Positions 52,139 to 63,888 of a DNA stretch of 64,000 nt are shown piece after piece; position 1 is the stretch's first letter, and every line of letters begins with the position of its first letter. The notes beneath the pieces were generated by a model that ran no database searches, was not told the DNA's origin, and saw only the letters and a list, made by a program, of their open reading frames with translations. The stretch spans positions 3,200,001 to 3,264,000 of the forward strand of contig OZ243913.1 of NCBI GenBank assembly GCA_965213705.1, in the 5' to 3' direction. A program made the position numbers and the translations under genes. This DNA comes from Trueperaceae bacterium. GTDB lineage: Bacteria > Deinococcota > Deinococci > Deinococcales > Trueperaceae.

Positions 52139-52410
52139 TCTTGTTGTACCGTTTCGGTGTAAGCGTCGTGGTTGACGCTGATGTCCGACCTGCCACTACC
52201 CTGCTCATCGACAGGAAAGGTCACGGGCCACCTCGAGGGCGGTTTATAGCCGCGCTCAGCCAACTCACGCTGCAGGTCTTGCGTTCTTAAAAACTGCTCG
52301 AGGGCCGTCTGCATGACTTTGGTCAGGCTGGGCGGAACGGGCTGCGCCGTCAGGTAGGCCTCGAGCCGTTCGTTGAGGTCGTCGGGAAGGGTGATGGTCG
52401 CGCGTTTCAT
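52135..52410 (-). CDS. CopG/RHH antitoxin
   Basis: [15 protein letters not shown] start, SGRSDIS.NHD tail; overlaps the PIN gene. Confidence 0.82.
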   Translation of the reverse strand: MKRATITLPDDLNERLEAYLTAQPVPPSLTKVMQTALEQFLRTQDLQRELAERGYKPPSRWPVTFPVDEQGSGRSDISVNHDAYTETVQQD

Positions 52411-52455
52411 GATGACAGCCTAGCATGTTTGGTGAAGATGCTGCAAAGTATGAAC

Positions 52456-52920
52456 CTAAAGCTCGAGCCGCATCTCGTTACTGGTCTCGAAGCCCAGACT
52501 TTTGTAAACGGGTTCACCCTGGGGCGAGGCGTGGAGCAGGGCTCGAGTGCAGCCGATGATCCGTAAGTAGTCGGTACAGGCGTGGGTCAGCGCCTTGGCG
52601 ACCCCTTGCCCGCGCGCTGTGGGCGCGACGTAGACGCCCCAGATGTAGCCATACTTGCGCTTGTCGCCCTAAAAAACGGAAGGGTAAAGGCCGGCGAACA
52701 CTTGGCACGCCGCCGAGCCGACGACCTCACCCTTCACCTCGGCGATGAAAGCGGCGTACTCGAGCCCCGTTCGCGCCTGTTTGGTAAAGCGGAGCGCGTC
52801 GTCCAGCCAATCGTCGGAAAGAACCTTGGCTAACTCGTATTCAGCCCACATGCGGCGGTAGTTTGCGGCGACTGTTTCGTTCTCCCAGTCGGTAGCCGGA
52901 CGTATCGAAAAAGGGTTCAC
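52456..52920 (-). pseudogene. GNAT acetyltransferase interrupted by one in-frame TAG (52669-52671)
   Basis: ..GLYPSVF*GDKRKYGYIWGVYVAPTARGQGVAKAL..LLHASPQGEPVYKSLGF..; same frame on both sides. Confidence 0.85.
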
Positions 52921-53013
52921 TCGGCGGCCTCGAGCATACACAAATCATAGCCTACCGCTAAAAGCATAGTTCGGTTCTGACTCGAGTAAAAGACGGATGC
53001 CTCACCTGTATAA

Positions 53014-54366
<1,353 letters not shown>

Positions 54367-54446
54367 AACTTACTCGAGCCACCCAAACCAAACATCACAA
54401 CAAAGATTGAGCGACCGACGTATAGTACGTGACTTGAGGCAACCCT

Positions 54447-55280
54447 GTGAACCCGCGTAAACCTACCCTCTCTCGGCGAGACTTTTTAAAACTCAGCGGT
54501 GGCGTGTCGGCTGCCGGGGTAGTTGCGGGAACCGGCTTGTACGCTGACAGTTACCGCTTCGCCGTCACCCGTCACCGAAAAGCGTTGGCGCATCTTAAAG
54601 CGCCCTTAAAAGTAGCTCACCTCAGCGACCTGCATTTTGGGCGCTGGGTCGGGGAGCGTATGCTCTCAAAGTGGGTGGACGCGACCCTCGCCGAGCGCCC
54701 CGACCTCATCCTCATCACCGGGGACTTTGTCGACTACACGACCACGGACGTTGCGCCCCTGCTCGAGCAGTTGCAGCGTTTGCAAGCGCCGCTGGGCGTG
54801 TACGGCGTTTTGGGCAACCACGACTACGACTTGGGCGAGGCTTTTTTAGTGCGGTTGAAAGAAGGGCTCGAGCGCTCAGGTGTCACCTTGCTCATCAACG
54901 AAGGCGTACAGGTGCGCGACGACCTCTTCTTGGCAGGCACGGACGACCTGTGGGAAGGCGAACTGGATTTGGCCCGAACACTGGCCGAACGGCCGAACGA
55001 CCGGGTGTGTCTGCTCATGACCCACATCCCCGACCTGCTGCCCGTGGTTCCGAACGACGTGGACTTGACCCTGTGCGGCCACACGCACGGCGGGCAGGTC
55101 AAGCTGCCCTTTCACGGCGCGGTCGTGACAGCCTCGAAGTACGGCAGGCGCTTTACCGAGGGTTGGTTCCAAGACCCCGTGACCGCGTTCGTGTCTCGAG
55201 GTTTGGGCTTCGGCATCATGCCCTTGCGGTTTTTGAGCCGCGCTGAGGTCGTGATGCTCGAGCTGACACCGCTCGGTTAG
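54447..55280 (+). CDS. Tat-exported metallophosphoesterase (YkuE-like)
   Basis: SRRDFLK, SDLH, GDFVD, GNHD, GHTHGGQ. Confidence 0.92.
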   Translation: MNPRKPTLSRRDFLKLSGGVSAAGVVAGTGLYADSYRFAVTRHRKALAHLKAPLKVAHLSDLHFGRWVGERMLSKWVDATLAERPDLILITGDFVDYTTTDVAPLLEQLQRLQAPLGVYGVLGNHDYDLGEAFLVRLKEGLERSGVTLLINEGVQVRDDLFLAGTDDLWEGELDLARTLAERPNDRVCLLMTHIPDLLPVVPNDVDLTLCGHTHGGQVKLPFHGAVVTASKYGRRFTEGWFQDPVTAFVSRGLGFGIMPLRFLSRAEVVMLELTPLG

Positions 55281-55299
55281 TCAAAGCAGTAGGCAGGGT

Positions 55300-55734
55300 T
55301 TAGGAGGTCGGTTCGTCGGCCTCGAGCCTTTTGCCAAAACTCACGACCTCGTCCAAGGTATAGCCGATGCTTTCGTAAAACTGCCTTACGCCAGCGTTGC
55401 CGCTGCGTACCTGCAAGTTGATTTTTGGGCAACCCAGCGCATGAAGTCTCGTTTCCGCTTCGTCCATCAACTGCCGCCCCCACCCTCTCCCCCGCTGTTC
55501 TAGCGACACGGCGAGGTAGTTGACCCAGCCCCGATGTCCCTCATATCCGGCCATAACCGTGCCGACGATTTTTTCGTCCTCCAGACCGACCAAAAAAAGC
55601 TCGGGCTGCACTTGCAACTTTCGGGCGATGTCTTTGTGCGGGTCGTTCCAGGGGCGTAGCAAGTCGCAAGCCTCCCACAGGGTGATGACGGCGGCTTCGT
55701 CGGCGGGTTGGAAAAGTCGGATGTTCACCTTCAC
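55300..55734 (-). CDS. GNAT acetyltransferase (YpeA-like)
   Basis: LRPWNDP..DI.RK, MAGYEGHRGW..YLAV, GCPKINLQVR; the start may be GTG 55728. Confidence 0.9.
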   Translation of the reverse strand: MKVNIRLFQPADEAAVITLWEACDLLRPWNDPHKDIARKLQVQPELFLVGLEDEKIVGTVMAGYEGHRGWVNYLAVSLEQRGRGWGRQLMDEAETRLHALGCPKINLQVRSGNAGVRQFYESIGYTLDEVVSFGKRLEADEPTS

Positions 55735-55772
55735 AGCCTAACCGCTGAAATCTCGAGGGGCAACTTTCAGGG

Positions 55773-56885
55773 TCAGGACTTTGTGAGCAAATCGGGATGC
55801 TCTGCCAAAGAGTCCAGCAAATAATCCACGTCATCCAAGGTGTTGTAAAAATGTGGCGAAACGCGCAGATTACCGTCACGGCTCGAGACAATCACGTCTT
55901 TCCCAGCCAGCTTCCCGACCAGCGTTTCGACGTCGGGTGACTTCAGGGCTACAAGCGCGCCGTGGTCGTCCGGGGTTGCCACACAAAAGCCCCGTTCCCT
56001 CGCACCTTGTTTAAGTGTGTCCGTAAGCTCGAGCAGATGGGCGGCGATAGCCTCGGTGCCGACGGACCGAACAAGCTCGAGCCCTGCCAGCCCCGCATAA
56101 AGGTTTGGATTGGGCGGCGTCCCCGACTCGAAGCGGCGCGCGCTCTTTGACGGCGCGTGCGCGTAAATGTCGAGCGCCATCACGTCGGCTTGGGCGAACC
56201 AGCCGGTGGCGGTGGGCTCGAGCGCCAAACCCTCCCGCACGTACATAAACGCGAGCCCCGCCGAGCCGAGCAGGTACTTGAGCGACCCGCCGACCAAAAT
56301 GTCGACGCCGAGCGCCTTCACATCAATCGGCATTGTGCCGAGCGACTGGTAGGCGTCGAGCAGCACCAGCGCGCCGTGACGGTGGGCCATGTCGGTGACG
56401 GCCCGCGCGTCTTGCCGCGCGCCGTTCCGGTAGCAAACGTGGGCGAGCGAGACGAGCGCCGTGCGTTCGTCGATGCGCTCGGCGTAGTGCTCGAGGGGAA
56501 TCGCGCCGCCGACTTCCGGAACGTGGACGACCTCCGCGCCGCGCGCCGCTTGCGCGTGCCAGACGTGCGCGACGGTTGGAAATTCGAAGTCGCTTATCAC
56601 AACCCGGTCGCGCTCACCGAACTCGAGCGCACTCGCCAGCGCACTCACCGCCGCCGACACGGAAGTAACCACCGCGATTTCGTCGGGGTGAGCGTTGACA
56701 AGGTTGGCAAAGGCGGTACGGGTTTGCTCGAGCTTGCCCACCCACAATTCCCAGGGCGAGCCGAGCGTTTCCCAGTCCTGTAGGTAAGTCTGATAAGCCG
56801 CTTTGACCTCTGTCGACAGCGCTCCCTTGGAGCAACTGTTGAGGTAAATTTGCGTCTCGAAGATGGGGAAGTGGTCTCGTAACAT
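55773..56885 (-). CDS. Class V PLP enzyme (kynureninase/cysteine desulfurase-like)
   Basis: YLNSCS.G, DAYQS.G, KYLLG, RFESGTP, RVSPHFYN. Confidence 0.85.
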   Translation of the reverse strand: MLRDHFPIFETQIYLNSCSKGALSTEVKAAYQTYLQDWETLGSPWELWVGKLEQTRTAFANLVNAHPDEIAVVTSVSAAVSALASALEFGERDRVVISDFEFPTVAHVWHAQAARGAEVVHVPEVGGAIPLEHYAERIDERTALVSLAHVCYRNGARQDARAVTDMAHRHGALVLLDAYQSLGTMPIDVKALGVDILVGGSLKYLLGSAGLAFMYVREGLALEPTATGWFAQADVMALDIYAHAPSKSARRFESGTPPNPNLYAGLAGLELVRSVGTEAIAAHLLELTDTLKQGARERGFCVATPDDHGALVALKSPDVETLVGKLAGKDVIVSSRDGNLRVSPHFYNTLDDVDYLLDSLAEHPDLLTKS

Positions 56886-56887
56886 CG

Positions 56888-57616
<729 letters not shown>

Positions 57617-57619
57617 AAG

Positions 57620-58399
57620 CTAGCCGAGTTCCTTGTGCCGTCGGCCCAAATACGCCTCGATGACGCTTTCGTCGTTCGTGACTTCTTCATAAGAACCCTC
57701 GGCAATCTTCACACCGTGGTCGAGGACGACGACCCGGTCGGAGATTTTGCCGACCACGTTCATGTCGTGCTCGATGAGCAGGACCGTGTAACCGCCCTCA
57801 TCGCGCAACTTGCCGATGAGACTGGTGATTTCGGCGGACTCGTTGGGGTTCATCCCGGCGGCGGGTTCGTCGAGCAGTAAAAAACGCGCGCCCGTGGTCA
57901 TGGCCCTGGCAATCTCCAACCTTCGCCTGTTCGCATAAGACAAGCTGTAAGCGGGCTGGTCGTAGCGGTAGCCCTGCAAGCGGCTCCCGAAAAAGGCCAG
58001 GTTTTTCTCGGCCTCGGCCCTGATTCGCGCCTCTTCCTCGCGCCAGCCCGGCAAACGCAGCATCGCCGACCACATCCCCGCGCGCGTGTGGCAGTACGCG
58101 CCGGTCATGACGTTCTCGAGCACGCTCATGTTCAGGTACACGCGCAAACTCTGAAAGGTTCGCGCCAACCCCAAAGCCGTGATGGCGTGCGGCCTCATCT
58201 TGAGAAGGGACTTGTCCTTAAACCGAATATCGCCCGCGCCGGGTTTGTAGATGCCGGTGATGAGGTTGATAGCCGTCGATTTCCCCGCCCCGTTGGGACC
58301 GATGATGCTGACGATTTCGCCTTCGGCAACCGTAAGCGACAACTCGCTGATGGCCTTGAGGCCGCCGAAGCTCAAGCTCACGTTCTCGAGACGCAACAC
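57620..58399 (-). CDS. livG: Branched-chain amino acid-type ABC ATPase (LivG-like)
   Basis: FGGLKA, GPNGAGKS, LDEPAAG, IEHDM. Confidence 0.9.
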   Translation of the reverse strand: MLRLENVSLSFGGLKAISELSLTVAEGEIVSIIGPNGAGKSTAINLITGIYKPGAGDIRFKDKSLLKMRPHAITALGLARTFQSLRVYLNMSVLENVMTGAYCHTRAGMWSAMLRLPGWREEEARIRAEAEKNLAFFGSRLQGYRYDQPAYSLSYANRRRLEIARAMTTGARFLLLDEPAAGMNPNESAEITSLIGKLRDEGGYTVLLIEHDMNVVGKISDRVVVLDHGVKIAEGSYEEVTNDESVIEAYLGRRHKELG

Positions 58400-59941
58400 C
58401 TAAACGACCTTCACTTCCGCCTTGCCGAGCAAACCTTGGGGACGCACAATCATCAACACGACCAAGGACACCCCGACGATCAAGATGCGGGTGGCGGCGG
58501 GCTCGAGGGCCAGCCTCGTCTCCCAGGAAAATGCGAACGAGTAGAGCGTAAGGCCTAGCAACACGTCGAACAAGCGCGGCCGGTGTTTGAACAAAACAGC
58601 CGCCAGAAGGACGAAAATCGCCCCAATCGTGACGACGTTCCCGACCGTTTGGGCGTCGGCGGGCAGCACGAGCCAACCCTGTACGAGTCGGTTGAGCCAC
58701 GAACCGGTTTGTAGGGGGCTCGAGTTAAGACCGGGCCACACGAAACTCAGCACGAACTTCAGGAGAAGGCCCCCGACAACCGTCCCGCCGACGACAAAGG
58801 CGAAGCGCCGCCAGGATTTCAAAACCGTCCATACGCCGAGCAGCCCAAGACCGTAAAAAAAGAAGCTCGCCAGCGTGACGCTCCGCAAAACCTCGGGCAA
58901 GACGGTAAAGATAAACGCGCCCAAAACCACGCCCGACAAACTGCCGATGCCGCCCAGCACCACCATCGCGTAAAGGTTGATAAGCGTCAAGGCGCTGTAG
59001 CGCGGCACCGGCACCACGTTCGCCAACCACGCCGCCTCGACCGAGCCCGCCAGCGCGGCAATGCCCGCGCCGACGGCGAAGGCCAGGATTTTCAGTCGTC
59101 CGGTCGGCGTCCCCATCGTCTCGGCGGCGAGTTCGTCGTCGCGAATCGCGCGCCAGGCGCGGCCGATGCGCGAGGTGTTGAGGTTGTGAACTGCCACATA
59201 AACGAGGGCGAGCAAAACCAAAAAAAGATAGTAGTAGTCCAGGGTCGAGTCGAAGCGAAAGCCGAACAAAGAAATATCGTCCAGGCGGTTGATGCCGTTG
59301 GGACCCCTCGTCAAGTCCACCGGGCGGTCACTCCAAGGAAAAGTCACCCGCGTCAGCGTCAGGGCAAGCTGCACGAATACCAGCCCGAACCCCAAGGTGA
59401 CGATGGCTAAATAATCCCCCGACAAACGCAGCGACACCGACCCGACGAGCGCGCCGACGAGCGCGACCACCAGGATGACGAGCGGCACGCTGACCCAGGA
59501 CGGCAGGTGCAACCCGTCCGGCCCGAAGGCGGTCACAAAGTCGGACGAGGTGTAAGCGTACAGGTAGCCCGCCAGCCCGTAAAAGGCCACGTAACCTAAA
59601 TCGAGCAGCCCGGCATAACCCACGACCACGTTCAGGCCGATTGCCAGCAGCGCAAAAACAAGAAAGCGCGCGCCCGTGCGCAGAATAAAGTCGTTGTTGC
59701 TCGAGCCTATCAGTTCCAAAAACAAATTCGTCCCGCTCAGCAACGGTAGGGCGACGAGCAGCAGCCCGACGAGCGCGTAGCGCCACAGCAGCGGCACCCG
59801 CTCCCAACGGTTGGCGACGCCGCCCCAAAACCCGGCGCGTTTGCGTTTGCGGCTCTCCGCCTGCGCGACCCATTCATCGGTGCCGATGCGCGGGTCTTGG
59901 CTTTGCGGATGGTTGTCCGAGGGGGGAAGCTGCTCGGCCAC
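58400..59941 (-). CDS. livM: Branched-chain amino acid-type ABC permease (LivM-like)
   Basis: GLNVVVGYAGLLDLG, GDYLAIVTLGF, AIRDDE, MVVLGG. Confidence 0.9.
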   Translation of the reverse strand: MAEQLPPSDNHPQSQDPRIGTDEWVAQAESRKRKRAGFWGGVANRWERVPLLWRYALVGLLLVALPLLSGTNLFLELIGSSNNDFILRTGARFLVFALLAIGLNVVVGYAGLLDLGYVAFYGLAGYLYAYTSSDFVTAFGPDGLHLPSWVSVPLVILVVALVGALVGSVSLRLSGDYLAIVTLGFGLVFVQLALTLTRVTFPWSDRPVDLTRGPNGINRLDDISLFGFRFDSTLDYYYLFLVLLALVYVAVHNLNTSRIGRAWRAIRDDELAAETMGTPTGRLKILAFAVGAGIAALAGSVEAAWLANVVPVPRYSALTLINLYAMVVLGGIGSLSGVVLGAFIFTVLPEVLRSVTLASFFFYGLGLLGVWTVLKSWRRFAFVVGGTVVGGLLLKFVLSFVWPGLNSSPLQTGSWLNRLVQGWLVLPADAQTVGNVVTIGAIFVLLAAVLFKHRPRLFDVLLGLTLYSFAFSWETRLALEPAATRILIVGVSLVVLMIVRPQGLLGKAEVKVV

Positions 59942-59943
59942 GC

Positions 59944-60873
59944 CTAGACCTTCTGCACGATTCGCTTGCCCAACAAGCCACTCGGTTTGATGAGCAAGAT
60001 GACCACGAGGATGACGAAAGCGACCGCATCCTTGAACGTCGCGGAAAGGTACACGCTCGTAAACGCTTCAGCGAGGCCCAAAATGAGCCCGCCCAGCATC
60101 GCGCCGGGAATGCTGCCGATGCCGCCGACGACCGCCGCGGTAAAGCCTTTTAGTCCGGCGACGAAGCCCATCGTGTGCCGGATGCTGAAGAAAACGATGC
60201 CGACCAGCACGCCCGCCGCCCCCGCCAACACCGCGCCGATAAAAAAGGTGGCGAGGACGACGCGGTTGACATCCACGCCCATCATCTCGGCGGCGTCCAA
60301 GTCGGTCGAGACCGCCCGCATCGCGCGGCCCAGCCGCGTCTGTTGTACGAAATAGGTGAGCGCCAGCATCAGCACTACGGTCACGCCGATGACGAGAAGT
60401 CTCGAGGCGTGAATTCGCAAGTCTCCGACCATCACCCCGGCGTTCAGATTGATGAGCGTGTTGCTGCCGTAACTCAAGGGGCGCGGGCTCACGGTGATTT
60501 GCACGAGGTTTTGCAGGATGAACGACACGCCCAGCGCACTGATGAGGGGCGCGATGCGCGGCGCATAGCGCAGCGGGCGATAAGCGAACCGCTCGACCGC
60601 GACGCTCACTACCCCGGCCCCGACCATCGCCACGACCAGCATGAGCACAATCACGAGCGCCGCCGGAATGAGCGTGCCCGTTTCGGCGTTGAACATGATA
60701 AACACGCCGTAACCGAGGTAAGCCCCAATCATGTAAATGTCGCCGTGGGCGAAGTTGAGCAGTTTCAAAATACCGTAGACCATCGAATAGCCGAGCGCGA
60801 TGAGGCCGTAAACGCTGCCCAGGGTGAGGCCGTTCAGCAAGGTTTGGGGAAGAAGTGTGAGAAACCCGTCCAT
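59944..60873 (-). CDS. livH: Branched-chain amino acid-type ABC permease (LivH-like)
   Basis: ALGYSMVYG..NFAHG, GRAMRA, FTAAVVGGIG. Confidence 0.92.
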   Translation of the reverse strand: MDGFLTLLPQTLLNGLTLGSVYGLIALGYSMVYGILKLLNFAHGDIYMIGAYLGYGVFIMFNAETGTLIPAALVIVLMLVVAMVGAGVVSVAVERFAYRPLRYAPRIAPLISALGVSFILQNLVQITVSPRPLSYGSNTLINLNAGVMVGDLRIHASRLLVIGVTVVLMLALTYFVQQTRLGRAMRAVSTDLDAAEMMGVDVNRVVLATFFIGAVLAGAAGVLVGIVFFSIRHTMGFVAGLKGFTAAVVGGIGSIPGAMLGGLILGLAEAFTSVYLSATFKDAVAFVILVVILLIKPSGLLGKRIVQKV

Positions 60874-60881
60874 ACGTCGTC

Positions 60882-60908
60882 GTAGGGGCGGGTTTCAAAC
60901 CCGCCCCC
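60882..60908. repeat. GTAG-type REP palindrome
   Basis: GTAGGGGCGGGTTTCAAACCCGCCCC between the binding-protein and permease genes. Confidence 0.7.
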
Positions 60909-60917
60909 GTGGGTGCT

Positions 60918-62021
60918 CTAGCGCTCGACCAGCGTAAACTTGCCGTCTTGCACCTGGAACAAGAAAAACTGCGTATTCTCGGCCTGGTTGTTCTCACCGA
61001 AGGAAACGTTCACGCCCGCAGGCGTCTCCAGGCTCATGTTCTGCAGCGCGTCCACCACGCACTCGCGCGTCATGTCGTCGGCACAGGTCTCGATAGCGTC
61101 CAAGGCAACAAAGGTCGCCAGCGCCGACGCGCCGCCGAACGCGCCGAAGTTTTCAGTGAACTCGGCCCGGTAGGCGTCGTTGTAGGGCTGCATCGTCTCG
61201 ACCTGGTTTGGGTCGGGCGCGAAGAAGGTGACGTAAGCGCCCTCGGCGGCCGGTCCGGCGATGTCCACCCACTCGAGGCTGAAACCCCCGTCGGGCATGA
61301 ACAGGATGCCCTCGTAGCCCTGTTGATTGAGGGCGACCGCGAGACCCCCTGCTTGGCTCGAGATTTGGTTCGGAAAAAACACCACGTCCGCGCCCGAAGC
61401 GACCGCCGCCGTGGCGACCGAGGAAAAGTCAGTCTCGTCTTGCGTGATAGACGTCCGCGTGACGTCGGTGACGCCCGCCTCGCGGAGCAAGTTCTCGACC
61501 TCGTCGTTCAGCCCGACCGCGTAGCTCGACTGGTCGTCAAGCATGAAGGCCGAGGTAACGCCCAAGTCGTTCATCCAGATGTCCACAATCGTTTTGCTCT
61601 GGTCGGCGTCGTTGGGAATGGGCCGGAAGAAAGTCGGGGTGCCGGGGTCGGTCAGGTCGGTGCGGGTGCAGGCTTGGGTAATCTGCGCCAGACCGGCGTC
61701 TTCAAAAATAGGCTGCGTCGCCTCGCACACCTGGCTGCCCATCGGGCCGACGACCACGTAAAGGTCGGGGTCGGCAGCGAGCCGCTCAGCCACTACGCGG
61801 CCCACGTCCGGGTTGATTTCGGTGTCGCCCTGGACGAGTTCGACGTTCATGCCGGTGCGCTCGTTAAAGGCGTCGACGACGACCTTGGTAAAGCCAAATG
61901 CCTCTTGCCCAATGGACGCGGCCCCACCGGTCAGCGGCCCCATAAAGGCGAGCTTGACGCTCTGCGCCGCGGTGAGGTTGAGGAGTAGGGCGACGAGAAG
62001 GACGGATAAAAGTTTCTTCAT
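60918..62021 (-). CDS. Branched-chain amino acid-type ABC substrate-binding protein
   Basis: Signal peptide, GPLTG..A..G, FFR.IPND..Q, YAVGL. Confidence 0.9.
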   Translation of the reverse strand: MKKLLSVLLVALLLNLTAAQSVKLAFMGPLTGGAASIGQEAFGFTKVVVDAFNERTGMNVELVQGDTEINPDVGRVVAERLAADPDLYVVVGPMGSQVCEATQPIFEDAGLAQITQACTRTDLTDPGTPTFFRPIPNDADQSKTIVDIWMNDLGVTSAFMLDDQSSYAVGLNDEVENLLREAGVTDVTRTSITQDETDFSSVATAAVASGADVVFFPNQISSQAGGLAVALNQQGYEGILFMPDGGFSLEWVDIAGPAAEGAYVTFFAPDPNQVETMQPYNDAYRAEFTENFGAFGGASALATFVALDAIETCADDMTRECVVDALQNMSLETPAGVNVSFGENNQAENTQFFLFQVQDGKFTLVER

Positions 62022-62093
62022 GGTGTTGCCTCCTTGAATTAAGTATCGAGTACCGAGTAAAAAGTTGAAAGTAAAACTAAATGCTTTTACGTC

Positions 62094-62555
62094 CTATCTC
62101 CTCTGCTCCTTACTCTCTTCTAGCGGCCGGTGCTGCGACGGGTAATCCACAATCTTGTCCCATTCGTCCGCAGCCGAGCGCGCCACCACCGCGACGAGCG
62201 GGCCGTCGCCGATGTTGAACACTTCGTGGGGCACGCCGGGTTCGATGTAAATGAAGTCGCCCGCCTCGTTCTCGACCGAGTGCTGCAAGTCGGGGCCGAA
62301 GTCGTGGCGGACGCGGCCCTCGAGGATAAACAGCATCACCTCGAAACCGTCGTGGATGTGGGCGTAAGCCACAGCCCCCGGCGGCACCGTGGCGACGTTC
62401 ATGGACAAGCCCTGCGCCCCCACATTTTTGCCCGACAAGCCGGTCTTGTAACGGATGCCGTTCCAGGCGCGGTTGTCGGCCCCGCCGCCACGAATGGTTT
62501 GAACGCCGCCCAAGTCTTCGACATATTTTTTCAGGTCTTCTTCGGTTTCGGCCAC
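62094..62555 (-). CDS. Cupin domain protein
   Basis: PPG..AHIH..E, GDFIYI.PGVPH..N; GAGGAGG RBS. Confidence 0.87.
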   Translation of the reverse strand: MAETEEDLKKYVEDLGGVQTIRGGGADNRAWNGIRYKTGLSGKNVGAQGLSMNVATVPPGAVAYAHIHDGFEVMLFILEGRVRHDFGPDLQHSVENEAGDFIYIEPGVPHEVFNIGDGPLVAVVARSAADEWDKIVDYPSQHRPLEESKEQRR

Positions 62556-62703
62556 ACAACCTCCTCAAAAGCTCGTCTTCGGGCCAGGTGAAGTCACTCT
62601 CGTTTCTGTACCCGGCCTTACAGTTTAGTTACAGCCTAACCCAAGTTGCCGCAGGGGGTTGTGGATTGATAAAGCAGTTGGGAAAACCTTTCCCGCAAGC
62701 TTT

Positions 62704-63501
62704 CTACAGCCTCGAGCGAATCTCCCACAGGTCGGGAAACAAGGGCTTCAAGGTCGTCTCCAAATAACCCACCCCGGCCGAGCCGCCCGTGCCCAGCTTG
62801 TGCCCGATGGTGCGCTCGACCATCTTGACGTGGCGGTAGCGCCACTCTTGCAGGCCTTCGTCGAAGTCGACCAAACGTTCGCACACGTCGGCGGTGGCGG
62901 GGTCGTGGCGGTAAACCTCGATGAGGAGGGTCTGCAGCTCAGGGGAAGCTTCGACGCTCTGGGTCACGTCGCGCTGCAAAAGTTCGGCGGGCACCTCATA
63001 GCTCAGGCTCAAGTAGTGTAAAAACGCGTCCCACAGCGTGGGAGCCCGGTAGCGCGCCTCGAGCCGCCGCCGTCCCGGTTCGCCCTCGAAGTGGCCTTTC
63101 AAAATACCCGCCCGCTTGTAACCGAGCGCGAACTCCAACTCCCGAAACTGGTGCGACTGAAACCCGCTGCTCGCCCCCAGGCGGTCGCGGAAGCTGTTGA
63201 ATTCCAGCGGCGTCATGGTCTCGAGCACGTCCACCTGGGCGACGACGGTTTTGAGAATCGTCAACATCCGCTTGAAGGTGTGGAGGACGCGCGGCGTGTC
63301 TCCGCGGCGCAGCAGACCGCACGCGTAGTCGAGTTCGTGCAGCAGTTGCCGGAACCAGAGTTCGTAGGTTTGGTGGATGACGATGAACAGCATCTCGTCG
63401 TGCTCGCGTGAGGCGGGCGTTTGCAGCTCGAGCAGTTCCTCGACGCGGAGGTAGCTCGAGTAGGTGATGGTTTTGTGTGGCTTAGGGTCGGGTGTTTTCA
63501 T
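62704..63501 (-). CDS. kynA: Tryptophan 2,3-dioxygenase
   Basis: YSSYL, HDEMLFI.IHQ.YELWF, SSGFQS.QFR, WRYRH..MVERTIG.K.GTGGS.G. Confidence 0.96.
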   Translation of the reverse strand: MKTPDPKPHKTITYSSYLRVEELLELQTPASREHDEMLFIVIHQTYELWFRQLLHELDYACGLLRRGDTPRVLHTFKRMLTILKTVVAQVDVLETMTPLEFNSFRDRLGASSGFQSHQFRELEFALGYKRAGILKGHFEGEPGRRRLEARYRAPTLWDAFLHYLSLSYEVPAELLQRDVTQSVEASPELQTLLIEVYRHDPATADVCERLVDFDEGLQEWRYRHVKMVERTIGHKLGTGGSAGVGYLETTLKPLFPDLWEIRSRL

Positions 63502-63624
63502 GGTGATCTTCTCATCGTAGCACTTTCGCGTTCCGGGTCGAGGCTGACGTTACTCGTGCAGCCGACGAGAAACAAAGAACGTAAGCTCAAAGCAAGTCGG
63601 CTATACTCTTCTCAAGGAGACCCG

Positions 63625-63888
63625 ATGCGTTACGTGAGCGCTGATGAACAGAAAAAGGGCTTTGTTGCCGACTTGCTCAATCTGCTCGGCCAAGCTAAAG
63701 AACCTGTCACCCTTCAACAGGATGGGGAAGACGTGGCAGTCGTTCTGTCACCAAGACAGTTTGATGCGTTTGCAAACATTAGAGACCAGCAGATTAAAGA
63801 GTTTTTCGCTGCAAGAGACGCCCTAGCTGAAGAAGCGCAGCGCAACGGTTTGACCGAGGAAAAGTTGGCTGAAATTCTGAATGAGTGA
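63625..63888 (+). CDS. Phd/YefM-like antitoxin
   Basis: AAGGAG RBS; VSA.E.K..F..LL..A.EPV......VAVVLS; GLTEE tail. Confidence 0.8.
   Translation: MRYVSADEQKKGFVADLLNLLGQAKEPVTLQQDGEDVAVVLSPRQFDAFANIRDQQIKEFFAARDALAEEAQRNGLTEEKLAEILNE

Noticed and set aside
51153..52208. 351-aa KptA with a long N-terminal extension
   Set aside because: The extension overlaps vapC in another frame; KptA homology begins at ATG 51710
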